A DNA stretch of 34,611 bases. Source: an uncultured Clostridium sp. (GTDB lineage Bacteria; Bacillota; Clostridia; Christensenellales; CAG-138). Shown here piece after piece: positions 21,201-33,200 of this stretch. Within the stretch, counting starts at the first letter, position 1; each line of letters starts with the position of its first letter. The DNA is taken from contig CAZJYV010000001.1 of assembly GCA_964550295.1 (NCBI GenBank), positions 1 to 34,611 on the forward strand. The letters are read 5' to 3'. Below the pieces are notes generated by a model. The model worked only from the letters and a program-made list of their open reading frames with translations. It had not been told where the DNA came from and ran no database searches. Position numbers and translations under genes: made by a program.

Positions 21201-24200
21201 TGCCTTCGTTCAGCACGATCAGCGTTGCGGCAAACAGCGCGTTCGCCCAAGTGAGCGCTGTGCAGAACACCTATGTTCATAAGGTTACGATCGACGCCGT
21301 CTCCCTGTTGGCGCACAGCATCTTCAACTATACGGTGGATGATATAACGCCCGCCAACAGCGGCATGAAAGCCGACACCGGCGCCATCGCGAACGTCGGC
21401 GGCAGCGGCAAGGGCCCGGGCGGCGTTTCCGTCAGGCTCATCGGCGTGGAACTGAACCTCGCCAATGCCGTGATGGAAGCGAAAAACGAGCTGATCCTCT
21501 CCGGATCGAACATCACGCTCACGGGCGACTTGAGCGTTAGAAACGACAGCGGCGCAAACGCCACGGCGGGCGTATACCAGAGCGCAGACGCGGGCTTCGT
21601 CGGCATCGGCCTCGTGCAGGTCTCGGCGAACACTGCGGGCAGCTTCATCGCGTGCGTCAACATTGCCGCAGGCAAGAGGGTTAAGGCACGCACCATCACC
21701 GTTCAAACCACCTATCGCTCCGTCGCCACCGCTAAGAGCGCGCAGGCGACCAACGGCGTGAGCGCGAACGTGCTTGCCGTAAACAGCAACATCGCAACAT
21801 CCGTCGTCGGCTCGCAGGCGGAAGCTTCCGTCACGGGCGGCGGCGAAGTGGAAACGGAGGATGACCTATCCGTTCAAGCGTTCGGTACCGCCAAGGCGTG
21901 GAGCGGCTTTGAGCCGCTTGCGGTCGCCATCAGCGGCGGCGCAGCGGCAATCAACTGCCTGTATGCGACGCTTTCCGGCACGCAAAAGGCACTCGTCAAC
22001 GGCGTAAAGGTCAAAGTCGGCCAAGACATGACGGTTCTCTCCACGTTCAACGTGGGTGTTGAGGACGGCGCGTTTGCTGTGCTTTCCGGCGGCATGCAGG
22101 GCGGCGGGTCCGGCATAGACAACATCAAAGTACAGGTGGGCGCCCTCACGGTGGCGGGCAGCGTCGCCGTCGCAACCTCCGACTTCACGGTGCAGGCGCT
22201 CCTTGAAAACGCGGATGTTCAGGTCACAGGCGACCTGCTCGTAAAGGTTGACGCAACTTCCGTGGCAACTGCGAAGCTTGCGGACGATACGCTCAAGATA
22301 AACGGGCTTGCCGTGGGTCTGAACTTCATGTTCGCCTGGGCAAAGGGTGCTTACGAAGCCAACATCATCACCGCGTCTGGCAAAACAATTGAGGCGGGCA
22401 CGATTTCCGTCAGCACGATCTATACGACAAGCGCGCTCGCCCAAACAGGCCAGCTATCCGGCGGCATGGGCGACTTGCTGAGCGCGAATCTCTCCTATAT
22501 CAGCGTCAACGCGAACCTCGGGGCTGCCCTGAGCGCGACGACGGCGAAAGCCGCCGTCACAGGGAATGGCACGGTTAAAACGACCGCGAACCCGGTAACG
22601 GGTGCCGCGCTCGACGTCACGGCGACGGGCCTTGCGGATGCGAAGGCCGAAAATCTCGCAGCTACCATCAACCTGAGCTATATCAAGGTTGGCCTCGTTG
22701 TGATGAGCGCCGATGTCACCGTGCAGCAAAGCGCATTCGTGAGCGCGGGAACCGTTTCCTGCGCATCCGCGCGGGTCGTTTCCTCCCTCAACGAAGGGTG
22801 GACTGACAAGGGTGCAAACGCTTATATCGGCAGCGCCCTCAACGCCGACAAGAGCGGGTTTGACAGTTTGAACCTGAGCGTATACGGCGGCAGCGTCAAC
22901 ACGGCAACGGCAACGTTCGGCGGCAGCAACACCGCCTATATCGCAAACGCCTCGATCGGGTCGGCGGCCGCGCGCGCGACAAGCGTCATCGTAAAGACCG
23001 TCGGCACAGCCATCGCCCTCGCGGATATCGCGCAGGGCAACACGATCGGTCTGGCCAACATCGGCGCGAACGTGCTTTACGCCTACGCGAACGGCACCTA
23101 TACCGCCAAGGTTGAAAACAGCGTGATTTACGCCAAAACCCTCACCGTGGAAACCGATTATACCGCAGGCGCGACCGCCAGCACCACGCAGGGTGCGTTC
23201 GGCCTTAAGGGTGTCGCGCTCGACGCGAACGTCGCTTGGGCCGAAACGACTACGGCAGGTTACGCCTATATTTCCGGCGGCAGCGTCGACATCGATTCCT
23301 CCGGCAAGCTCACCGTAAAGGTCACGAGCAACGCAACGGCGGTTTCCAACTTTGCCACGCCCACGATATCGCTCAGCGGCATCAGCCTTGCGTTCAACCT
23401 GCTGACCGCCAAGCTCAACGGAACGGCGCAGGCCTATGTTTCAGGCAGTTCCGTCAAGGCAGCGGGTGGGGCGGACGTGCTGGTCTTCTACAACAATGAT
23501 GCGACAAAACCCGGCGCCGCCGTCTATATGAACAGCTACGGCAGCCTTGCAAGCTGCAGCCTCATCAGCGGAGGCGGCCATGTTCTGAACGCGACGGATA
23601 CCTCTTCCGCGTCCGCATATGTGAGCAACGCGTCGTTCGCACAAGGAACGGGCGCGGTTACGATCGACACACGCGGCAACAGCTACGCCGTGGTCGATAA
23701 GGGCGGAAGTTATGTGAACTTTAACATCGTTGCCCTCGGCGTGCTGGTTGCAAGCGCCACGGCGGACGGCAGATTCAGCGCGTACCTGGCATTACAGAAC
23801 GGCAACCAGGTGCATGCGTCTTCCCTGTATGTCGGCGCGACGTATAGCATCCGCGCCAAAGCCATCGCCGGACAGCCGAGCCTTGGCACGAACATCAGCC
23901 TGATCGATATTGACTACAACCAGGCTGTCGCCAAAGCGGGCGACGACAAGAGCACAGCCCTCAACGGAGATGCGCACATCACCGCCGCAGGCACAACGCT
24001 GATCGATGTTGCAGGCGACGTCCAAATCCTGCTTGACGGCAAGATTGAAGCGATTGCGCGCATCGATGCGGCAAGCATCAACATCAGCGGCGTGGATGTG
24101 GGCGTGAACGTTGTCGACGCATATGCATATGCGAAGCAAAAAACCTATATCAGCGGCGTGCGCTCCTTCCTCACGGGCGGCAACCTGACCGTTGATGCAA

Positions 24201-27200
24201 CGCTCAACCCATACAATTCCGGCAGCCATATGGCGTATGCCGTGACGGGTGCAGCCTACGGCGTAGATATTGCCTTCATAAGCGGCGGGGCAAACAGCGT
24301 CAACGCCTCCGCCGGGACGACAAATGAATCTTACATTCATGCAAGCGGAATCACATCCACGGGCAACCTAGGCGTAACCGCAACGACGGTTGCGGCGGCT
24401 AAGGCGGAAGCGCTTGATGCATCCCTCCTGAGCCTGAGCGGAATCAAGCTTGCCGCGACAAAGGTGACCTCCGGCTGCGCGGATACCACAAAGGCATATA
24501 TCTACGGAAGCGGAACTGCCATTGCAGCCTACGACGTGCTCGTTCAGGCTACTTCAAACGCGGGCGTGCAAAGCAACGTCATGCCCCCGCAGGTATCGGT
24601 CAGCCTCGTCGGCGGCACGAGCGTAAACGGAACGGCGGATGTTTCAAACGAAGTGACTCGCGCCTATATCGATACGGGCGTTACGGTCCGGGCAAACAAC
24701 TGCCTGAGCGTGGACGCAGCGCAGAGCGTGTGGGCGAAGGTCGTGTGCGCGTATGCGCAGAGCTACTCCGCCATTCAGCTCGGCGGCTACTCGCTGACTG
24801 CCAAGGTAACCAAAGCGGAAGCGCTTGCATATATCAACGGCACGGCGGAAGCGCAGGACTCTGTGACGCTGAGCGCATCAAGCGGCGTGACTGAACTGAG
24901 CGTATCCTACGAAGCACTCGCGGCTTCTCTCTTCAGCGGCAGCGCAAACTCCGCGGCGGAGGCGAAGGTACTCGACCAGACGGCTTACGCCAACGTCGGC
25001 GCAGGCGCGAAGATCGCAGCGCGCATGGGCGATATCACCATCTCCTCGCGTACGGCTTCCAACGTCAGCTCGTCGATCAGCAGCACAAATTACGCCGGTT
25101 TGACCACGGGCGGCCAAATCAGCGCCTATTCCTACGTGAAACGCGACACGCGCGTGAGCATCGGTGACGGCGCGCTGGTTGAATCCCGCTACGGCAGCGT
25201 TTACATCGAAGCGCTCGCCGATTATGCCACGGTAAGCTCTCGGTCGCGGGATGACAACGGTTCCCTCCTGAGCATCGGTTCCGGCCCTGTCGCAACCTCA
25301 AACATCAACAGCACGGTTTATGTCATCGTCGGCGCGGCAACCATCAAGGCGATTTTCGGCGACCTGACGATCATTGCCGATGCTTACAGCAGGATCAGCG
25401 CGCTCGCGTACCGCAACATGAAGGCCTTTGCGGGCGACAATACGAGCAGCGCTTCCATCGCGGCAACGGAAACGGTCAAGGTGCTGCTGGGCGCGGATCT
25501 GGCGGGCGTCAACACGACAAACAAAGCCTATATCAACGCGCTCAACACGCTTGTGCGCGCGTACATCACGGATCAAACGCTCTATTCCTACGCATACTCC
25601 TATACCATCGCCGCCGGATCGAAGACGGAGTCCTTCTCCGTCCTGTCCGCTTATGACGATATCGATGTGCTCATCGGCAACGCGTATGTCGGCGGAATCG
25701 ACTCGCTTTCAATCGAGGCCAAGCACATCAAGCTTGACGCGCACGCCGAAAGCTATTCGATCATCAACGCGGGCGTTACCGGCAAGGTGTACGCCACATC
25801 CACCATCAACGGCTATTCAAATGTGGATGTCAATGTCAGAAGCAGCGCCGAGCTTGCGGGCGAAAAGGTGAACCTCGCCGCCTATGCGCCGACGTTTGAT
25901 AATGGTACGGTCTTTAAGGATGCGACCGCCGTCGCCAACACGGTCATCAGCTGGATCACCCGTACCATCCAGAAGGTTTCCCAGTGGATCGAGAAAAAGG
26001 TATCCAAGATTCCGTTCATCGGATGGCTCATTAAAAAGATCGTCCATAAGATCGTTGAGTGGATCACCGAGATCATCAAAATCATCACCTACTCCGACTC
26101 CGAAAGCTTCACGACCGGCTCACTCGATTCGCAGGGCGACCTCGTTGCAGGCGTGTATATCGCCTCCGGCGCAAAGGTGCACCTCGGCGGCGCGGCTGCG
26201 GGCATGCAGATCGACGTTCTCCAGGACGGCACCGTCATGGCCGCCGGACTGGATAATGACTACGACGGCAACCTGAGCGCGTTCTATACGATTCAAGGCG
26301 AAAAAATGCTGTTCGGGCCGATTTACAACAATGACGCGGGCACGCTCACCATCACCGTGCACAATGGCAGCCTGAACACGGCGAGCGCGTTTACCGCTTA
26401 CGGAAACGCCTATCTTGCGAACATTGTCATCAACAATGACTCTAATCTCGATCTGGTGTTCGATGTGTTCCGGGTTGCGAACCCCGCGGCGATTGCGCCG
26501 GATGTGCAGTCCAGCGCGAACAACAATTACCAGCCCGTTCTGGTCTATGCGGACGAAATCCCGGTCATCACCATCAACTCCGCGGGCGGCGGCGACGTCG
26601 TGTTTACAAAAACCGTTGAAAACGTGCGCGGTTCTATGACAATCGCCATGACGGGCGGCACCCCCGGCGACATATATGCCATCCACGATGAGCAGGGCAG
26701 CGCGATCCGCGTGAATCGGTTCACCGCGTACGGCGCACACAACATCGGCAAGTCTCCGACGGACAAGCTGATCGTCGAGTTCTATAACGCAAGCGCCAAA
26801 CCCGCTCAGTATGGGTCAGACGGCAGAATGGTGCGCATGGGAGAAACCGCGCGTACCTCGCTGATGGATGTTGAAGCGGGCGGCACAATCTATATCTCGA
26901 TCTGCCTCGTAGTGGATATCGGCGAAATCGACCTGACGGGAACGACCATTTCCGCGTATGTCGCCGCATTGAACCTGCCTACACCCAAGCTGACCGTCGA
27001 AAAGATACGCGCCGGCGGACAGGTCTATATCGAGCAAAAACAGACGCGCATCCGCTATACCGATGTTTCGTTGATCGCGAGCGCGGATGTGGATACGATC
27101 AGCTACCCCAACGGCTCGATGAGCTTCGTGGCGAACTTCCCGGCCGTTGCACCGGGCGCGTCCGCGAGTCTGATGCAGTTGGAAGGCACAAATTACTGGT

Positions 27201-30200
27201 ATTCGCCCGCTACGGGACTGATCAGCATCGACGCGCAGAATTTCGCATTCTATGCCGGCACCCTCGGTACAGCCCATGTGAGCAGCGACTATACGACCTA
27301 TCAGCTGCCCAACAGCGTGACGGTCACCATCCTCAACGCCACGGGCAAAATCGTGAGCGTATCGCGCCTGAGCAGTTCGGGCGGGGCGGATGAGGTTTAC
27401 CAGCTCAGCGACTTTACCATCACCTACGATGTGAACGGCAATCTCGTGCTGACTCTCCCCTCCACCGCAGAGAATGAAACGGGCACATCCGTCACCATCG
27501 ACCGGGAAACCGGCGAGGCAACCATGAAGATCGCCTCCAACGGCGCGGCGATTTACCTGCGCCGCTCGGCGGGCAGCCTCGGCTGGGAACTGCCAAACGG
27601 CATCCTGATTTACTTCAAATCGGCGTTCGTGCAGAACGGCAAAATCGTGGATGTGACGTGGATCGGCAAGAACGGAACGAACGATCTGTATGTGCTTGAG
27701 GATCTCAGTGACACGGCAAGGAACACCTTCCATGTTGTCGAGATGGCGTCCGGCGGCACGGGCAGCGCGTTCGTGGCAGGCTATCTTTACACCAGAACGC
27801 AGCTTACCGACCTGATCAACGGCACTGCGATCAGCTACTATAACAACATTGACGAGGCAATCGAGGCGATTGAATCGGCCGTTTCCGGCATCAATCTGAA
27901 TTCCCTCGGCCTGTCGTTCGACAAACAGTATGTGCTGGATGAGGATAACAAACCGACCACCGAAATCGACATCGCGGCAACATACGGTTCTTTGGGGAGC
28001 GAAAACGCCGATGCGCTCACCGCGATACTTACGGCATTGCTCACGGGCATCACGGCGGAGCTGACGAACAACCTTACCATCATGCTCGACGGATTTGAAC
28101 TGAGCATCCGTGTTTCCACCAACGGCGCCAACTTTGCCGTAACAAAGCTGAGCGTTGGTTACAGCGTCAGTGATGCGAACCTGCCCGAAGGCACGGCAGC
28201 CACGCTCGGCACGGCGATTAAGAACGGCTCCGGAAACGGAACGCTGTACAGCTACACCAACGATTACGCCGTTGGCGACGAACTTGAAGGGCAGGGCGCC
28301 GACACGGCGATCACCGATTACGGATACACGCACACGGCCACAGAGGGCACGCTCGAAAGCATCAACGTGATCCGTTCCTACAAAACCGTTTCCGGTGAAG
28401 AAACCGTCGTCTATACGCTGCGCACCGCAAGAAAGAGCGGCGAGCTGACGTTTGTGAGCAGCAAGGAAAACAAGGATGCCGGCGGAAACGTCGTGAGCGT
28501 CACCTCATACTACTCCTGTGCGCTTGCCGGGTTTGAGGGCATCGTGTTTGCCATCAACGTCAACATCGCAAGTCCCGACAGCAGCACGCTTCGTGCGTTC
28601 CGGTTGGCGCAGGGCGCGTCGGGCGAAACGACCGCCACGGCGGACAGCGGCGGCATTTACACGATCACCGGCATGAACGGCGGCTATGTGGTCGTCAACG
28701 GCAACTACCGCTTCATCGACGATGCGTCCGACATCGCGGATCCTACCGCCATCCTTTACCTGACGCAGGACGCCGTGGCTGTTTATCCGGACGGAAAAAT
28801 CGGCTTGGTCGCAGTTGAAGGCGGCACGGTCGAGGTGGATCCGGATACGGGCGAGCGCAAATACATCGCGGCGAAGATCGCCATCGCGCCCACGCTGACA
28901 CAGAAAAAGGACGCTGACGGAAAATTCGTCTACTCGTCCATCCAGTATTATTATAACAAGAGCAATGTAGCCCAAAGGATGACGTACGCGCAGTACCTTG
29001 CGTGGGTTGCCGCGGATTCTGCAGCACAAACCGCTTACCAGGCCGCCATGGACGCGCGCGCCGCCGAGCTGGATGCAGCCGTCGCCGCGGAAAAAGCTAG
29101 GTATGAACAGATGGGACTCTTCCTGTCGAGCTGGGATGAGGCGATCTTCCGCTCTTCCTACAACGATTATACGACGCAGCTGCCTGACGCAGTCACCTAT
29201 CAGGTACCTTCGTGGTTCCGCAGCGGCAATTACGCCATCGAGTATGATGCCGTGAACGGCCTGCCTGTTTACAGCGTGTATAAAGATTCCCCTGACAGCG
29301 AGCTTGACTATTATAAGGTCGACTACTACGGCTCGTTTGAACAAATACTGGCGCTCGCTCGGCTTTCGGGCAGCGGATACACACTTAATTCGCATTTGAC
29401 CCAAGCGCAATACGATGCGCTGCCCTATACCTTAAAATCCCTGTTTACGCCCGTCTATAAGAGCGTGTACAACTACATCGACGGCACGGTGATCATCTCG
29501 CCCGATGTGGATAGTCTCGGCGCGTATGTCACCTATGTGTCCGGCGCGAACGTACCCGCGTTCGACATTCCGATGGACGAGTTTGGGCGCGGCATCCTCG
29601 ATAAGGAAACCCGTATTGTAGCGGTGAAGGATCAGACGACGGGCAAATATACGAACCTGAACCTGATCTTCCTTGGTGCGGATGGCGATGTGGCGGCGGT
29701 CTACGACGGCACGGGTCTGCGCTTCAACGAAGGCGTGAGCGCATACGATGCAGCGACGACCGTGTGGTCCGCGTACGCGCCCGCCCTGGTCAACGGGGAG
29801 AATAACCTGCTCGTTTCCTATGACAAGGGCATGATGGTGAAGTTCCTCGAGGTGATGTCCGGCGTGTATACGACGATCGACAGCATCATCACCGATAAGG
29901 ACACCCTTAGGTGGGATTATGCAAACGCCCTGTACTTCACAGACGGCACCGACGGGCCGATGCTCCTTGAAAAGAGCGACACCTATTACGCGTACGACCT
30001 CATCGACAATATGTTTAACCGGCTTGCCGCCAAACCGACGGAAGGCGTCGAGGGAACCGATTATTTCAGGGCCGTGACGCTGACCAGCCCCGCAAACGGT
30101 CTGATCAAACTTTCCATCATGGTCGACGTGGCTTTGCCGCAGAGAACGCGCGCCTTTGAACCCGCACGCACGTTCTTCGTGCTGGCGGACGGCGATACGC

Positions 30201-33200
30201 TGGGCAGCAGCGACGGCGCGCAGGATCTGCTGCTCATGCGCAGCACATCCTCTTACCTGCCGCAGGAGATTGCGATGAACGGCATCGTAGAATCGATGGA
30301 GACCTCGGGCGAAAAGGTGATCATCGTCGTCGAGAGCGAGGGCGAAACCTGGATCGGCTCCGCAGGCGCTGGCAGGCGGGACATTTATGCCGACGAGGTA
30401 TCCTTCTACGTCAACGGCAGCGCAAGCTCCATCGGCACAAGCCTGGATCATGTATCCATCGGGGCGTTCAGCGCGGACAACCACACCGTTACGATGTATA
30501 TCTTCGGATATGACCCCGCCGGACTGACCGTACCCACCTATTCCGGCAGCGCATTCCTCGATGTGTTCGATCACATGGTGCTGCGTTCCGCCGAGCTTGA
30601 AGGCGGCAGCCTGATCGAGTACCACCTGTTCAACGGTTCGAGCCTAACGTTCCTCGACGCGGATATGGCAGGCACGGTGCGCGTAACCGATGAGGCGGGC
30701 GGCGTAAGCAATGTGACCATCGGCACCAACGGAGCAAGCGGCGATTTGGGCGGCATAAGGCTTGCGGGCGGCACGCTGGACATCGATGTGGACGGCGACA
30801 TCGCGTTTGACAAGATCGAACTTTTGGGTGGTGCGAAGCTTTACCTGCGTACGACCTTCGGTGGAATCAGCCATGTAGGCGCAGGCGGCTACCTCTATGC
30901 GGACGCGAGCGCGGGCAACGGCATCGTCCTGCGCGCGGCGGGGAATATCGGGCAGGCATCGAACCGCCTGATCATCGACGTACCCGCGTCGCTCACCGTT
31001 GAAATCGAACAGGCACTGAATATCTATATCGAAGCCGTCGCACTCACGGGAAACGTGCCATTTGCGCGCGCGTATCCCGCGGATCCCGCGCAGGCGGGCG
31101 GGCGCGATGTGAACGGCAACCAGGCATCCGGCGACTTGATGGGCGACGCGGGCGGCGAAACCGTCAACGTACCCGTTGCGAATCAGTCGCCCGAGGCGCT
31201 TTCCGACAGGCTGCTGACCGATTGCGCGGACGACCGCACAAAATGGACAGGCGCAATCAACGACGCGGGGCTTGCGGCTTACATCAACGCCGTGATGGCG
31301 CAAACGAAAGACAGCGCCGATATGCTCAGCAAGAGCGAGCTGATCAAACTGCTCAACCTTGCAGTGCCCGTCGGCGGAACGAAATGGACTGCGGCCACCC
31401 TCGCCGCGAAGACGGATGCAGAGGTTGCGGCGCTGCTCAAGGCGGCCCTCGAACTCCGGAACGCGGGGGATACGGCCTATGTGCTGACAAATGAAAACGT
31501 CGGCGGCGCGCTGACCCTGCTGCTTGGCAGCGACGCGTTCAACAGGAACGGCGCGGGAAGCCTGAGCGAGCTGCTCGAAACGCTTCTGACGGACGAGGAG
31601 CTCGAAAACCTCACCCAAGGCGCGTGGGACGGTGCAACTTATCCCGCTGTCACGCCCGTGGATACGCCCGCAAAGGCGTTCAGCCTGCATATCGGGCAGA
31701 GCACAGGCGCGACGTTCGTTTCAAACGAGGGCGATATCATCATCCTTCAGGATACGGGCGATTTCACGGCGGGTGGTATTGAAAGCCGCCGCGGGGATGT
31801 GCGAATCACAGCGAGCAACGGCGATATCGAGGGTGGCGCGACGAGCGCATCCGATCCGGCCAACATCGTTGCGCGCAGCATCATCCTCAACGCTTCCGGC
31901 GCAATCGGCGGGAACACGCCTCTTGTGATCGACGAAGTGGATAACAGGATCGTTCCCGTTGCAAACATCACAGCGCCCACGGCAAACAGCGCGCCGGCGA
32001 CCGGCTACAAAGATGTAACGGTCGTATACGCGGCGGATCTGGATGGCGACGGCAATCCGATTGCGGGCACGTGGGGATTCCGCCTTGCGGTCGATATTCA
32101 ATACACTTGGATACGCCAATTCTTCGCGGCGGACGCCACGCGCATCGATGCGAACGCGGGCGGTTCAATCGCGATCACCGAGCGAAACGGCAACTTCGGC
32201 GCGGGCATCCTCACCTCCGGCGGCGACGTAACGCTGAACATCGCGGGTGACCTCCTCGACGCGCGGACGGACGCCGAAAGAACCGCTGGTACGCGGAACA
32301 TCACCGGCGCGGGCGATCTGGATGTGACGCTGACCAACTGCGACGTGGGCACGGCAGCCAAACCCATCGCCGTGCGCGTACCCGGGTTGATGCGCGTCAC
32401 CTGTTCGGGCGATGTGTATATTGATGCGCTGGGTAGCCTTACGCTCGATATGAACAGCGGCACAGGGCATACGCAGATTGCGGTCGAGCAGAATCTCACC
32501 CTCAACAGCCTTGGCAGCGCACCGCTCACCGGCAGTGCGCTTGCGGGCGGGTCGATTGCCATCAGCGCGGCGGGCGATATCGGCACGGCGGCCTCACCCT
32601 TTGCGGTGGATACGAACCGACTGCTGACGGGCGGAACGCTGACGCTGACAGGGGCGAACATCTATATTGAAGAATTAACGGGCGATCTGCTGCTCCGGGG
32701 GCTGACGGCTTCCGGCGAAGCGTGGCTGAGCGTGCCGGGCAAACTCCTTGCCGCCCCCGGCAGCGACCTTTCGATTGAGGATGCAGCTGACGCGCAGGCG
32801 GCGGCGAACGAAGCCAAGAATGCAGCCGACCAGGCGCAGGCGGACGCACAGGTCTATGATCGGTATGCAGTCCGACTCGAGGCAGTGGCCGATGTGCGCC
32901 GGCAGGCGAAGCTTGCGGCGGAACAGATCGAGGCTGACGCACTGGCCGTCCTTGCCGCTGCGCAGACTGCCAACTCCGGACGCAAAAGCGCCGAGATCGA
33001 AGCAGACATCCTTGCGAAGAAAGACGCGCGCAACCTGCTCAACCCGCTGGATGCGGACTATATGACAAACTATCTGGCGCTAACGGCCGAAATCAACGCG
33101 CTCGCCAGCGAACTTGCCGCCAAAAAGCAAACCCAGCAGCAAGAGGATGCGGCGCGGGCAGCTTACGAACGGGCGCATGGCGTTGCCGAAACGGCCAGAA

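Larger units (their letters stand above)
10676..25890 (+). repeat. Main beta-strand repeat region (degenerate 52-65-aa units, interrupted by inserts) with an LktA-family-like signature
   Basis: The signature G-x-G-(A/G)-(A/S)-V-A-V-N-x6-8-A-x-(I/V/L) recurs. Examples are GIGGAVAVNVASAKTHALLYN, AVGAAVAVNIAISDVAARFLG, AAAVAVSVNRNEALASIADG and GVGASFAVIYAHNEITAAIGD. Alternating small and hydrophobic residues are typical of beta-solenoids. The resemblance to LktA is from memory and has not been searched. Confidence 0.6.

Noticed and set aside
10676-25890. Concern that the repeat region is an assembly artefact from collapsed or expanded tandem repeats.
   Set aside because: The units are highly diverged at the nucleotide level, the longest exact repeats I noticed are 20-mers, and unit spacings stay in frame. 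This makes mis-assembly less likely, but only long reads can exclude it.
26093-31680. Search by eye for enzymatic or toxin signatures (HExxH, Walker A, Cys/His protease dyads, ADP-ribosyltransferase R-S-E) in the non-repetitive region.
   Set aside because: I found no convincing match, and isolated His-, Glu- or Cys-containing strings have no supporting context. The region is left unassigned rather than given a speculative activity.
6282-33065. Short + strand track ORFs within the giant gene, e.g. 6282..6521, 14586..14966, 15709..16275 and 25428..25871.
   Set aside because: All start at positions = 0 or 1 mod 3, so they are out of phase with the giant ORF. Their products are Arg/Pro/Ser-rich nonsense typical of off-frame translation of GC-rich coding DNA.
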